Part shown: piece by piece, positions 1 through 13,439 of the stretch
Position numbering within the stretch: the first letter of the stretch is position 1
Layout: every line of letters starts with the position of its first letter
Assembly (NCBI GenBank): GCA_964016885.1
Contig: OZ024742.1
Span: 271,560,001-271,624,000 of the forward strand
Source of the DNA: Eledone cirrhosa
Taxonomy: Eukaryota
DNA length: 64,000 nucleotides
Reading direction: 5' to 3'
Position numbers and translations under genes: made by a program
Notes under the pieces: generated by a model
Told to the model about the DNA's origin: nothing
Database searches by the model: none
The model's input: only the letters and a program-made list of their open reading frames with translations

Positions 1-95
1 ACTTCCGAGGGACATTTGTGGAGAAATCCCATTAAAAGACCACAGTGCCCCTGACCACCAGGGCAAGTGCCCTCTCCCAGTTTTCCACCTTTAAT

Positions 96-3000
96 TTACA
101 GACACATACTCAGAGAAGGCCCATTCATTCGGGCCATACTTGCTTCTCTCACCCATCTTTCAACAAAATGCTGGGAAGAGAGCACTTCCCTCTCTACCCT
201 GATTTTCCTTTTCAGATGAAATTTGAAAAAGTTAATCAGGGCATCACCGAAGAGGTAAGTGCTCGTCTTCAGCCCTTTCAAACGTGTCCACCATACTATC
301 TCTTTCGCCATGGCCTCCAGACAGATAAAAACTGCCTGCCCTTCCCGGCTAAAGGAAGAGGGCGGGGCAATCCTCACGATGGACTCAGCTGATAGCTGGA
401 TCCGTCCTACACGTGACAGCAGGTGTTCGACATAAACCCACAAGTCAGCAATGCTCGGACACTGGACCAGTGCGTGCAGGACGGTTTCGTCGCCCTGTGC
501 GCATCTCGGACATGCCCGGCTGACGGCACCTCCATGCCTGTAAAGTTTATCCCGAACTGGCAATGCACCCCGGCAGCACTGCCAGGCCAGGGATTTCTGG
601 AAGTTGTCCATAGGCACCGGCCCGAAAGTCCTTCCGAAGAGATTGGCTAGTTGATTTTCGTCGACGCCTAGATTTTCTCCAAGTACGTCGTCGCTCTTCC
701 CCTCCACTAATCCCCTATAGAACGCCAAGGTGGAGTTTCCACCGATCACATTGCCCGATTGGTCGAGAGCTGTGAGCGCCTGAAGACATTCCAGTCTCCA
801 AGCGCTCCCTCTCGGTCTTCGCTTGACCCAGGACTGCAGCTCCGTCAAGGAGACGAGCTGGGGAAAAACGTGTCTAGCAAACGGCGACCACACCTGATCA
901 CCGTCGAGGAAGAGGTGGAGATGTCGTAGCCTGAGCGCGTGTCTGCGCATCATCAGCCACGGCATTCCCAGCCCTCCACGTAGCGGGTGTTGACAGCAGA
1001 TGGACCGCCTGACCATCGGAGCGCGTCCCTTCCACAAGAAGCGAAAGAGCAAACGCTCCAGCGCAGTCAGGCGGGGCTTAGGACAAGGTACGACGGTCAG
1101 GCGGTAGTAGATGACGGATGCGATGTACGCATTCGCCACCTCCGCTCGACCTTTCAGGGATAGCTTCCTCTCGGCCCATTTCTGGGTGAGAGAAGCCACC
1201 CTGCTCGTCACTTCGTCCCAGTTTTTGTCCGTCTAGAGGTCTGGACCGAACCAGACCCCTAGCAATTTAACCGGTCCGTCCGTCCAGCGCCCGACAACGC
1301 TGTTGGACGGCATGGACCTGCCTCTCCAGGGGCCGAGCTGCAGGCCCACTGACTTTTCCTGGTTGATCATTGCTCCTGTCACCGCTTCGTATTCTCTTAG
1401 TGTAGTGCCGATCGCCTCGATGTGTTTGGCGTTCGACACCACTACGGTGACATCGTCGGCATATGCTGACACGGATCTTCCGCATCCTAGTTCGCGCGGG
1501 ACCCCCCTCAACGTCTCCAGTTTGTGCAGTAATGGCTCGAGAGTCAATACGTACAATAGGGACGAGAGGAGACATCCTTGGCGGACCGAGCGCATGATGT
1601 TGAACGGTTCCGCAAGGTGACCGTTCACTCTCACTACAGAGCAGATGTCGCTGTGCATGGCAGCGATCCAGCCTCTGAAGACGTGCCCAAAGCCAGCCGC
1701 CCTCAGGACTGCCGCTAGGTAACGATGGTCGACCCTATCGAAGGCTTTCGACTGATCTAAATTGATCAAAGACCAACCCGTGCCAGGTTCCCTAGCTACC
1801 CTCTCTACGATGTATCGCATGAGGTGGAGGTTGTCGTGAATGGATCTGTCGGGAATGGCGCATGTCTGTGCCTCTCCCACCAGACCACCAACGGCAAGCG
1901 CCAACCTCTTTGCTAGCACCTTAGCCAAAATCTTGAACTCTGTGTTTAGCAGAGTTATGGGCCTAAAATTATCTATGTTATCCCCCTTGTTCGGATCCTT
2001 TCTCAGCAGCTCCACCGCTCCTCGGCTCACAGAGCTGGGAATTCTCCCGTTCTGTTGCCAGTTGCAATAGACGTCCGCCAAGAGGCCTCCGAACAAGTCT
2101 GGCATTTGTACGTAAAGTTCATAGGGCAGACCATCTAAACCAGGCGATTTACCCCTTGTGCAACTAGCCATTGCATCCCGTACTTCAGCGGTTGTTATCG
2201 GCTTTTCGCATAACTCCGCCTCAGTGGCCGAAAGCCGCGGCAGTCCGCCGAGGTAGACACTAAATCCATCCCTCAATCCGGCCCGCCACTGCCCCCGAAC
2301 AGTTGAGCGAAGTGTCACTGAAAAGCTTCACACATTTGCCCGGGATCGAGTAGCATGCGCCCGTCGTGGTCCACCAAAGACCGGATCGTGGCTTTGTTGC
2401 CACGACGCGCCTCCGCCACTCGGGCCCATTGAACGGCTTTTGTCCCCTCGTGTCTGAGAGCACGCACCCTAGCTCTGACAACGCAGCCTTCGTGCTTTGC
2501 ATTGAAGAATTGGTCAAGGGCCAATTTCGCCGCAAGTACGTCGGTCGCGATGCCTTTGCTAAGCGCCTCATCTAATTTTCTAACTAATTCTCCCTCTGCT
2601 CTATTTTTCTCTATTGCTAAAGTCTCACTAAACCTAATGGACTCTATTTAATTGCTCTTTTCAGAGCAAACCACCACTTGTTGTTAACGATGGCCCCTGT
2701 CAACGCCCGCTTAACTAGTTCGCTAATCCGGTCTCTGTAGGCCTTGCGCGCTGGTAAGGACGCGTTTAGCTTCCAGTAGCCGGGTCCTCGTCTATGAAGC
2801 CTATCTAAGTCAAGCACACAGATCACGAATTTGTGGTCCGTGTAGCTGACTATCTTGAATTGTGGACAGCCTATGCTAGACCTATCTATTTCCCTACAAA
2901 ATACTCTATCTAGATATGATCTGGATGACCCTAGAAATCAAGCCGCCCTGCTCCTGTCGGGGCATAGACGGCCACTAACCTGAAAGCTTGGCCGTCTCCG

Positions 3001-3299
3001 CTGGTCACGTCTAGCACCACCAACTTACCTTCTGGGTCCAGGAAGATGGCCCGTATTGCAAGATCCAAACCTCTCCGAAAAAGCACAGCAACTCCACCCC
3101 CCGATCCCGGACGGCTGGGAGATGCGTACACATCGTAGCCGCCGAAGATCGGTGCGAAAGCCTGTGCTTCGGAGATTCTGGTCTCGCTGATGGCCACTAC
3201 ATCTATGTTTAGTGACCTGAGGTCGTTGAGCAGGTGGCCCTGCTTCCATGACGACCCCAAGCCACGCGCATTTATGCTGCCTATTCTGAGTGAGGTCAT
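96..3299 (-). pseudogene. Disrupted ORF2 (APE endonuclease, RT, zinc finger) of Tx1 copy 1
   Basis: ORFs 2931-3299, 2644-2826, 2315-2524, 1233-2318 and 96-1211 are colinear pieces of one ORF2. About 215 bp of the endonuclease is deleted near 2931 relative to copy 2. Confidence 0.9.
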
Positions 3300-3338
3300 C
3301 TTGAAAAGGAGTGGAAAAGATGGGAAAGACCACTTACC

Positions 3339-4562
3339 TTACTTCTCGTAGGGAAGGACGGTTTTTCCATCCTTTTCACTGCTTGTGGCCTCCTCAGGAA
3401 GGATGTCCTTATATATCCTCCTGGAGAGTGCTTGTCGGTAGTCTCCGATGTCTTTGGGGAATTTTTGTTTTAGTGTCATGTACGTTTTCTGTGTGATGCG
3501 AGTGATTTGTATGTGTGGAGGTGGTGTGAATTTTGGGGCTGTTGTGTAGTCTTTTTCTGTGATGCTGGTGTTGTGTTGGATGTAGTGTAATAATTGCTTG
3601 TTGTTCAAATTTAATGCTGTGTAGTGTGTATCGTTTTGGTTGATTTGTTTTGTTTGCGTTTGTTGTGGGTTTGTTTCTGTTTCGCATTTTGGTGACTTTT
3701 GTGGTGTAGGTGATGGTGGTGTTGGAGTTAATGATGGTGATGGTGTTGGTGTTTGGGTTGATGGGGTTGGTGATGCTGGTGTGGATGGTGGCATATCTGT
3801 CCTAACTTTTTTGTTTCTTAGTTTATTTGTTTCCCTCTGTATTTTGTTTTTGGAGGGGGAAGGAAGAGAATTTTTTCTTTTTTGGTTTCTTTTTTTTTTC
3901 CGGATATCGTTTCCCACTCCTCGTCGTCACAATCTGTCTCCAGTTGTGATAGGCCGGGGAGTGGAAAATCCTCCACAGCCGTTAGTTTTGGTTGTGGTGT
4001 GGTGGATGGTGTAGGCGCTGGTGCTAGTTCTGAAGCGTTGGGTGGTGGTGGTGTTGGTTTTGCTGGTGGTGGTAGTGGTGTTGGTTTTGCTACTGTTGCT
4101 GGGGTTGTTGCTGTTATAGTTGCTTCTGCTGTTGCTGCTACAGTTGTTGCTGCCATCTCTGCTACTAGTGGTGTTGATGGTTGTGTCACTGGGGTGGGTA
4201 GGAGAGGTGGCCTCAACCTTTTAGCCTGAGGGCAGAAAGCCCTTAGGTGGGTTCCTTCACCACAAACGACACACCTAGGTCTTCTGCCCTCGACAATTAC
4301 CGTGAGGTGGCTGCCGTCAGTGAGGTCTATTACCTCTGGGATCTCCTCAATGCTTTTTTGGTCCGCTTGGATCAGGAGCTCCATCCCAGATCCGGACCAG
4401 TTTTCCTGCTTTTCTTTTGCTACAGCTATTATTTTCGTGTTGGCTTCGATGCCGGCGAGGACAGCCGCTATTAGCCAGGGAATTTCGATGGCCGGTGGAA
4501 CGTGGGTCACCCTGATCTTTACGAGTCTCTGGCCACAATAGCTTGGGACGAGTGTGAAGTCG
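3339..4562 (-). pseudogene. ORF1 (gag-like, CX2CX4HX4C knuckle) of Tx1 copy 1, frameshifted at a poly-A run near 3890
   Basis: ORFs 3818-4687 and 3339-3917; motifs KIRVTHVPP and EGRRPRCVVCGEGTHLRAFC; lies directly upstream of the ORF2 ATG. Confidence 0.8.
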
Positions 4563-4643
4563 ACATATATATATAAACAATAAAAATGAAAATTGAAACA
4601 ATGAAAAATTCCCCAGTAGTGTGGAATAATAATAATAATAATA

Positions 4644-4753
4644 ATTGTTTCTACGTTAGGCACAAGGCCAGCAATTACCCAGTGCATTACTGGTACTTTA
4701 TTTTATCGACCCCGTAAGGATGAAAGGCAAAATCAACCTCAGCGGGATTTGAA
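4644..4753 (-). mobile_element. tRNA-derived SINE, 5'-truncated
   Basis: Matches the recurrent SINE (gtttctac..aggcacaaggccagcaattacccagtgcattactggtac..gggatttgaa); flanked by (aat)n. Confidence 0.9.
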
Positions 4754-4780
4754 TAATAATAATAATAATAATAATAATTA

Positions 4781-5016
4781 TAATACTTTCTTTATTAACC
4801 ACAATGTTTTACATAAAGTAGACATTAAGGATAGTACAGGACAATAAAGGCCGGTACAAATGGACATTTCTGCATGTAAAAAAAAACAGAGGATGTAAAA
4901 AAAAAGAAAAAATAATAATAATAAAGGCGCAGGTTAAGACGCGTTCTGCTTCCAGTAACCGGGTCCTTGTCTATGAGGTCTGTCTATGTCGATCTCACAG
5001 ATCACAAATTGCATAC
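4781..5016 (-). mobile_element. Internally deleted Tx1 remnant (3' terminus joined to the PGYWKL region)
   Basis: 4781-4850 resembles the Tx1 3' end at 7250-7310; 4950-5010 matches 2771-2830 and 10134-10190. Confidence 0.65.
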
Positions 5017-7135
5017 GTGTTTTGGAGGAGAACAATCTTTTCCTCATTGAATAAAAAGTGTGCCGACGAGGTTCATATTGTTGATTGTTGCAAAGATCAA
5101 CTTTTGATTAATCGTATGATCCTTGAGAACTGTCAGAATAAAGACAGAAATCTCAGTTCTGCATGGATCGATTATAAAAAGCCTTTACCATCATACCACA
5201 CTCATGGATTCTGAAATCACTGGACATCTTCAAAATCTCACCAGTCATCTCAAACTTCCTGAAACACAATATATCATTATGGAACACAAATCTCCAATTG
5301 TCTCATTCCACTGGGGTACTGTGCTCTAGGAATATAAACATCAACTGTGGTATATTCCAGGGTGACTCACTATCACCCTTGCTTTTCTGCATAGTTTTAA
5401 TACCCCTTACATCCGAACTTAATAGAACAGGGTACAGTTAATTGACAACAACAAATGTAAGCCACCTATTTTATATGGATGATTTGAAGCTATATTGCAA
5501 AGATAATGACGAACTGGAAGGCCTTTTGCGGACAGTAAAAACGCTTAGCAATGACATCAGGATGGAGTTTGGACTTGATAAGTGTGCTAAAGCCACTTTC
5601 GAGAAGGGGAAGATTGTCAACTCAGACTCAGTTGAATTGGATGCTGAAACAATCATAAAGGAACTTGAGCAGGAACACACCTATAAATACTTAGGGATTA
5701 ATGAGGGCTCTGTCATACAGCATGCAAGTATGAAAGAGAGGATGAGGAAATAATATTACATGAGAGTACGTGAAGTTCTGACATCAGAACTAAACGCTCG
5801 TAAAAAGGGACTAGTCATACATTTTTTGGCAGTCCCAGTTGTCTCTTATAGCTTCGGTGTGTTGAACTGGAATATGAGTGAAATCAAAATAATCGACACC
5901 AAAGTCCGTAAGCTACTGACCTGTGATAGGATGCACCACCCAAAAGCAGATGTAGAACGTCTTTACCTTCCTAGAACTCAAGGGGGCCGTGGCCTGATCC
6001 AATTTGAACTTGCTTACAAGACCACCATCATTGGACTGGACAAATACCTTGAAACAACTAACGACTGTATGCTGGAACTTGTTGAAAAGCATGAGAGAAG
6101 TAAGAAGCTTCATTCTATCTTGAAGGAGAGCAAAAAATATGCTAGTGATCTCATGCTTGATACCCAGGCTGGACAGACTAAAGTAACTGTTGCAACTGAT
6201 GCTGCTAGGCACATAAAATCCCTGGCAAAATCAAAAGGGCAAGGATAATTAGCATCAAACTGGGAGCAGAAACATCTGCATGGCTAATATGTGGCACGTA
6301 GCAAACAATCCGATATTGACCAAAAGCACGCCCATCAGTGGCTACGTAGTTCAGGACTATAGGCAGAGAGTGAAGGATTCATCTTAGCTGCCCAAGATCA
6401 AAGCTTATTGACTCGTAATTACCAGGCCAATAAGATGAGAGATGGACTAAACCCAAAGTGCCGATTCTGCAATGCTGGGGTTGAAACAGTGGATCACTTA
6501 GTCTCTGGATGTAAAGTTTTAGCACCAGTAGAATACAAATATAGACATGACAGAGTTGGCCAATATCTATACTGGGTAAAATGTCGGCATTACAAAATCA
6601 AAGCTGAAGACAAGTGGTACAATCATCGCACTGAGGCTGTAACTGAAGGAGAAAAAGTAACAATTCTCTGGGACTTTCTTGTACATACTGACAGGACCAT
6701 AAAAGCAAATAGACCTGACATCATTGTAAACGAACAATATAACAAGGTCTGTTTATTGATAGATATGAGCATCCCATGTCATCACAATATCGCGGCAAAA
6801 AAATTTGACAAGCTACGAAAATATAAAGATCTGCTTATTGAAATTGAGAAAATGTGGCACCTCAAGGCCGGTACAATACCAGTGATTGTGGGAAGACTGG
6901 GAATGATCAAGAAAGGAACAGAACAATATTTGCGAATTATTCCTGGTTTACGCTCTCTGCACGAGGTGCAAAAAATTGTTTTGGCTTGTACTGCACACGT
7001 ATTGAGAAGAGCACTATCTCTGTAAGATTGATACCCTCCTTGTATTTACATATGCATATGCACATGTGTATATATGTAAAAGGTTGTTTTTCTATTAATT
7101 ATAATAAATGTGCAATAATGAAAGAAAATAAAAAC
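5017..7135 (+). mobile_element. R4/Dong-clade RLE non-LTR retrotransposon, 5'-truncated and decayed
   Basis: RT motifs CKDQLLIN, AWIDYKK, GIFQGDSLSPLLF (about 5349), HLFYMDDLKLY, YKYLG, GGRGL; CCHC finger CRFC..ETVDHLVSGC, RHD, and RLE motifs NRPDII..LLIDMSIP; ends in (aat)n. Confidence 0.92.
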
Positions 7136-7154
7136 AATAATAATAATAATAATA

Positions 7155-7244
7155 ATTGTTTCTACTTTAGGCACAAGGCCAGTAATTATCCAGTACATTA
7201 TTGGTACTTTATTTTATCGACCCCGTAAGCATGAAAGGCAAAGT
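7155..7244 (-). mobile_element. tRNA-SINE 3' fragment
   Basis: Same SINE consensus; sits between the Dong (aat)n tail and the Tx1 3' end. Confidence 0.88.
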
Positions 7245-7247
7245 ATA

Positions 7248-10200
7248 ATAATGATTTCATTTATTAGCCACAAGGGCCGACATGTAGGGGACAATACAAA
7301 GACAGGGACAGTGGGGGTTTACAATAAGGTCGGGAAAGGGGCACAATGGCAAAACAAATTTAACAATGTAGATATAATAAATATAAAATAATCTATGCAT
7401 AAATATAACAATAAATTCCCCTACAGTCGGTGGACGAGCCAGGGGTGACTCAGGTACCCCACTAATCCTGAACCACCCTGTACTTCTAGGGCACCCAGGG
7501 AGAGCACCCCTCTCTTAAAGTTAGCTAGCCTATAGGCGCATGGAGTAGGCCCATTCGCACGGGCCATTCTCGCCACATTCATCCACATTTCAGCAAATGT
7601 ACTGGGGGGGGGGCACTTCTCTCTCCACCCTCACCTTCCTTTCCAGGTGAAACTTGTAGAAGTTGATGAGGGATTGGCCGAAGAGAAAAGTGTCTGTCTT
7701 CAGTCCTTTTAATCTGACCCAACATACCACTTTCGTAACGGCCACGAGACAGAGGAACATTGCCTGCTCTTCCTGACCTAAGGAATGCGGCGGGTCGATC
7801 TTCTCTATGGACTCGGCCGATAGCCGGATCCGTTCCACATGCGACAGTAGCTGTTCGACATAACTCCACAAGTCAGTAATGCACGGACATTGGACAAGTG
7901 CGTGCAGAACGGTTTCGTTGCGCTGTGCGGATCTTGGGCAGGTCCGTCTGACAGCACTTCCGTTCCTTTAGATGTTATACCAAACCGGCAGTGCCCCGCG
8001 GTAGCACTGCCAAACGAAGGATTACTGGAAATTGTCCATCGTCCATGGCTCGAAAGTCCTCCGGTACAGACTGGTCAGTTCGACTTCGTCGAGGCCCAAA
8101 GCTTCTTCGAATGCTTCATCGCACTTACCCACCACTAATCCTCTATAGAACTCGAGGTGGAAGTTCCACTGATCGCACTGCCCGCTTGGTAGAGGGCAGT
8201 GAGTGCCTGGCAACATTCCAGGTGCCAGTCACCCAGTCTCGGTCTCTTCTTGACCCAGGACTTCAGCTCAGTCAAAGAAACGAGCTGCGGAAAGGCCCGG
8301 TTGATAAACGGCGACCACACTTCTTCACCATTTAGGCAGAATATCTGGAGATGTCGCAGCCTCAGCGCGTGTTTGCACATCATTAGCCACGGCATGCCCA
8401 GCCCTCCGCGTAGAGGGTGCTGGCAGCAGATGGACCGCCTCACCAACGGAACTTATCCCTTCCACAAGAATTTGATGAGGAGCCGTGCCATCTTGATGAA
8501 GCGAGAGCGGAGGCAAGGCACATCTGTCAGGCGGTAGTAGATGACTGACGCCATGTACGCATTCGCCACCTCCGCGCGACCTTTCAGTGATAGCTTCCTC
8601 CCAACCCATTTTTGGGTGAGACTGGCTACTCTGCTCGTTACCTCGTCCCAATTCTTTTTCACCTGGAGATCTGGTCTGAACCAAACCCCGAGCAACTTTA
8701 AGGCCCCATCCATCCAGCGCCTAACGACGCTGTTGGACGGCATAACTTTGCCTCTCCACGTTCCAAGCTGCAAGCCTACCGACTTTTCCGGGTTAATTTT
8801 GGCTCCTGTCAACATTTCATATTCCTTCAATAAGGTGCCGACCACCTCGATTACTGAGTTGTCCGACACCATGACGGTGATGTCTTCCGCATAAGCCGAC
8901 ACCACCTTTCCACGTCCCAGTTCGAGCGGGATGCCCTGCAACAGCTCCAGCTTCCGCAGTAAAGGCTCGAAGAAGGGAAGAGAGAAGGCACCCTTGACGA
9001 ACCGATCGGGAGAGCCGAAATGGCTCCGAGAGGTGACCATTAACCTTGACCACCGAGCTTGTGCCGCTGTGCATTGCAGCGATCTAGCTTCTGAAGACAG
9101 GACCTATCCAACTGCTTTGAGGACAAACTCCAGATACAGATGGTCGACCCTAACGAATGCTTTCGATTGATATAAATTGATCAGTGGCACACCGAAACCA
9201 GGTTTACACGCTACCCTCTCTATGGTGTATCGCATGAGGTCGAGATTATCGTGTATGGACCTGGCTGGGATTGCACAAGTTTGCGCCTCCCCAACCAAAT
9301 CCTCGACGACAAGCGCCAATCAATTTTCTAACATCTTGGCCAAAATCTTAAACTCTGTGTTGGGCAGAGTTATGGGCCTGAAGTTGTGTAATGTATACCT
9401 TTTGTTCTCCTCTTTCCTCATCAGTTGCAGTAGAGTGCTTCGAGGAGATCGGAGAACAAGTCTGGCATATTTACGTAAAGCTCGTAGGGCAGGCCATCCA
9501 AACCGGGTGACTTGCTCCTCATGCAGCCGACAAGGACGTCCCGAAATTCGGCTGAAGTAATGGGCTTTCGCAGCGCTCAACGTCGAGCATCGAGGTGCGG
9601 GTCAAGTGGTCGAAGTAGGGACTGAAATCCGCTACTCTCTCTGACACCCCATTCTCCTCTAATAACCGAGCAAAGTGCTGGCAAAAGACCTCACACACCG
9701 CTTGGAATCGTTTATCTCGTGTCTGTCACGGTCCGCCAAAGACCGAATTGTGGTTTTATTACCACGCTGCACCTCCGCCACGCGGGCCCATCGAACAGCT
9801 TTGGTTCCCTCGTTTCTCAGCGCACGCGCCTTAGCTCTGACAATGCAACCTTCGTGTTTCGCATTGAAGAAATGGTCTAATGTCATTCTCGCCGTTAGCA
9901 CGTCAGTTGCAATGCCATTACAAATAGCCTCTTCTGACTTATCTGCCAGCTACCCCGGCTTTCTATTTTTCTCTATCGCTAGTTCTTTGCTGAACTCTAT
10001 CGAAGTTACTCTAATCTCTCTTTTGAGAGCACCCCACCATCTGTTGTTGATGATCCCCTCTGTCAACATTTGCTTAACTATATTGTTAACTCGGTCTCTG
10101 TAAGTCTTACGTGCCGGAAATGACATGTTCAGCTTCCAGTAACCCGGTCCCAACCTACGCGTTTTATCTTGGTCGACTAAACAGATCACACATTTGTCAT

Positions 10201-12659
10201 CTGAATAGGCAAACGTTTTAAAAATTGAGTAGTCTACACTATTTCTATCTATTTTCCTAAGAGGATCCTGTCTATATACGATCTAGATGACACTATGCGG
10301 TTGGTCCACGCCCACACTGGCGAATTTTGGAAATCTACTCGATACCTGTCAGTCAGTTGGAACTGGCTGATTAGGTGTTTGAGGCTTTTGCACCCCCCGC
10401 TCCTATCAGCTACTCCCACACGAGCCCAGCGTGTGTCTAAGATGCCGTTCCAGTCCCCCGCAAACATTAGAGGGCGGGACGTACACAGAAAGGTTTCCAG
10501 GTGCCTAAAGAAATCCGGTCGTCTGGCCCCAGTAGGGGCATAGACGGCCAGCGGTCTAAAGGCACCACCGCTACTGCTCACATCCAGGACCACCAACTTA
10601 CCGTCCGGGTCCCGGAAGATCAACCTTACCTTGAGATCTAGGCCTTTCCTAAACAGCATTGCCACACCACCTCCTATTCTCGGCCTGCTAACAGATGCGA
10701 AGGTCTGATAGTCGTCGAAAATGAGGACTAGTACGCGCAATCACATCTATTTCCAGAGACATGAGGTCGTTGAGCAGGTGACTCTGCTTCCAGGGTGACA
10801 CCACGCCGCGAACATTTAAACTTCCTACTCTTAATATGGCCATGCTGGCAAATTAAAAGAGAGAGGGAAGGTTTACTTACCTCCCGGGGTCTTGTGAAGA
10901 TCAGGTGGTTCGACCTCCATGGTTTGTGGGGTTTCTTTTGGGAACCCCTTTAAAAGTCTTGATGTGGGTTTCACGTTCGGGTTTCCCGCGTCTTGAGGAA
11001 AACTCTCTCGAATTTCTTTGTAGGAATCGAGCGACATTCGCACCAGAAGCAAATCTTCTGGCACGCAAAATGTGTTCAATTGAAATATCTCACCCTCTAT
11101 TTGGATGTTCTCGCTTCGTCCTACGTGGGCTATCAATTTATCGTTCGCCCTTCTGACAAGTACGAAGTTTTTAATGATTGTTGGTGTGTTTTTTTTTTTC
11201 GTTTTGGTAACTGTGGTGGTGATGGTTTTGGTGGTGTTGTTTCGGATATGTCTGTGTTTGTTGTAGGTGTTGTGTCTGCAATTTCATGTGTCTGTGTGGT
11301 TATTTGTTCTTGTGTTTGTCTAGGTTGTTTTCGTTTCGAAGATTGTGGGAGAGGGGTGATGTTGATGTTGGTGTTGTTACTGAGAAAGTGTTTGCGTTAG
11401 TGGTGTCTGTATTTTTTGTTGGGTCTTTTTTTTTTTGGTGAGTTTTCTCTTTTGTTTTTTGGCACTTTTGGGTTTTCCTTCATCTTCACTGCTGGAAGAC
11501 AGAAGGATCTGTGGATGTGAGTGTATCTGCGTCTGTGTGTGCATTTATTGTTTTGTGTATGTATATAATTGGATAGGTAGGGAAAGTGGGAGAGCTCTCC
11601 TCGTTTTCCCCTTGGACTGGTTTCGGTGCTGGTGGTGGTCGACTGTTTTTGATGTAGGTGGGGTTACCCGTGTCATTGTTAGTCTTATTTTCGGTGGTGG
11701 TGGTGCAGCTTTCCGTGCTGACACTGGTTTTTGCAACAAACAAGGTTTTTGACCCCCTGCATTTTTGAGCTGAGGGCTGAAGGCTTGCAGATGCGTTGCT
11801 TCCCTCCCCGCAGACGAATCAGTGCGGCCTTCTTCACTCAGTGATTTCTTGGATTGTTGTCCCGTCCTGCAGACGGGCAAAATCCGGTAAGTTGTTGATG
11901 TCCTCTGGCTTCATTTGGAGGAAAATCTCCAAATCCATTCCGACCAGTATTCTCTCTCTGTTCTTTTGATATCCAGGAGGGTAGTGTTTGTCCCTTCCTC
12001 GATTACGCATTCCAGGAGCCACCATATGTTCTTTCCTGGTGGGATCCTGGGAATGTGGACCTTTACTGTCCTTTGGCCCATGTATGGCGGGTGTATGATA
12101 ATGCTTTCGCCCTGCCGGGGGTCACCGAGTGCTTAATAGCAATGGCCTCGGTTTTGAACAGTACCGACTTGGTACCGAACTGCTTGGCCCTTGCTTTATA
12201 CTCTATGTCACTTCCGATGCACTTCAAAGCAGCTTCGACCTCTGCTTTGCTGGCAACTCCACTTTCCGTGTCTGCACTGAAATGCATCGAAAGTACACCG
12301 TCCTCCTTTGCCTGGCCGCTATTGCCTCGTCCGAGATGGTTAGATTTGCCCAGGACTTCTCCACTGGGCCAACTGTTCGTCTTTATCGCTAATATCAACA
12401 TTCAACAAGCGCTTTGTTTTCGCTGCTGCTGCAGCAAATGTGGTGCCTCTGATGCTCTTGTTATTGGTGTTGTCGTTCATGCTGTTGTTATTTGATTTTT
12501 GTTATTGTTTTGTTTATTGTTACTGTTACCACCGCCATCCGTGTTTACATTGAGGCTGTGGGTGTTATTGTCGTTGTTGTTGTTGTGGTGGTGGTGGTGA
12601 TGTCGTTTTCAGATGATACTGCTACTATCACAGAAGGGAGCGGTTGTGGAATGGTCGAT

Positions 12660-12709
<50 letters not shown>

Positions 12710-12995
12710 TGTGGTGAGATCTACAGTGGCTGTTTTCGAACTTTTGACCTGAACGTTATTTACCGTTTCAAGGTCGAACATTTCCATATTTTATGGTGGG
12801 GAAGCGATATTTTCGAAGTTTTTTAAAAATAAATCTGAATATTCGGGCTTGAAGCCCGAATATTGAGAGATCTCCATTCCTTGGAACCGAGGTGGGTACC
12901 TTATGCTTCGCTAACGACCAGAAAATACAGAAAATAATACTTTAAAACAGCTTAAAGTTACGTACCTTTTTACCCGCAGACTTGTACGTCTTCAT
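7248..12995 (-). mobile_element. Tx1/L1-clade retrotransposon, copy 2 (near full length, heavily frameshifted)
   Basis: Poly-Thr ORF1 start at 12787; ORF1 remnants 10873-12500; EN 10249-10843 (AVYAP, AGDWN, SYIDRI); PGYWKLN; RT fragments 8453-9580; zf-RVT about 7600-8000; 3' end ...ttgtggctaataaatgaaatc(att)n; (att)n at both ends. Confidence 0.92.
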
Positions 12996-13439
12996 AATAA
13001 TAATTATAATAATTATAGTAACAAAAAAATGGTTTCAAATGGCCACAAAAGGAAGAAAACAACAGCCAAATAATTTCACCACCAACACCACCACCGCTGT
13101 CGCCACCACTACCACTACCACAACATTTAGCTAGAGACAAACCAGCAGCACCAACAACATCAGCACTACAGTACTACTAGCCCATCACCACCGTCACCAC
13201 TCCATCATCGCTAACACCACTATTTACTCACTAGCTTCTGTTAAGAGGGGGAAGGTAGTAGTGCCACTACACATGATTAGAAACGAGGAAGTCACCAAAA
13301 GATATAAATAGACTGATTTAGTGACCCGGTCAAACAGCTAACAATAACAGCATAATAATTATTGTCGTTGTATCTCTAAAATGTCTGAAAATGTTTAGTT
13401 TAAACGATGTCAAATCTAAAGTATAATATAATAATAATA

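Larger units (their letters stand above)
1..4562 (-). mobile_element. Tx1/L1-clade non-LTR retrotransposon, copy 1 (5'-truncated in ORF1, frameshifts and stops; 3' UTR runs off the window)
   Basis: Minus-strand ORF pieces in L1 order: ORF1 with CCHC knuckle (CVVCGEGTHLRAFC) and Pro/Thr-rich tail; APE endonuclease (SINARGL, AISET, VAVYAP, 2931-3299); PGYWKLN; RT (KSPGLDGL, NFRPITLLN, DQSKAFDRV, VRQGC, AYADDV, 1233-2318); C-terminal zf-RVT (CPRC...ETVLHALVQC, 96-1211). Confidence 0.93.

Noticed and set aside
3818-4687. Intact 289-aa ORF with hydrophobic N-terminus
   Set aside because: The first about 42 codons come from the adjacent SINE, (att)n and filler; the true ORF1 5' part is missing.
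12492-12826. Mucin-like poly-Thr / poly-Val / poly-Ser host gene
   Set aside because: (GTA)n tract within the Tx1 ORF1 N-terminus.
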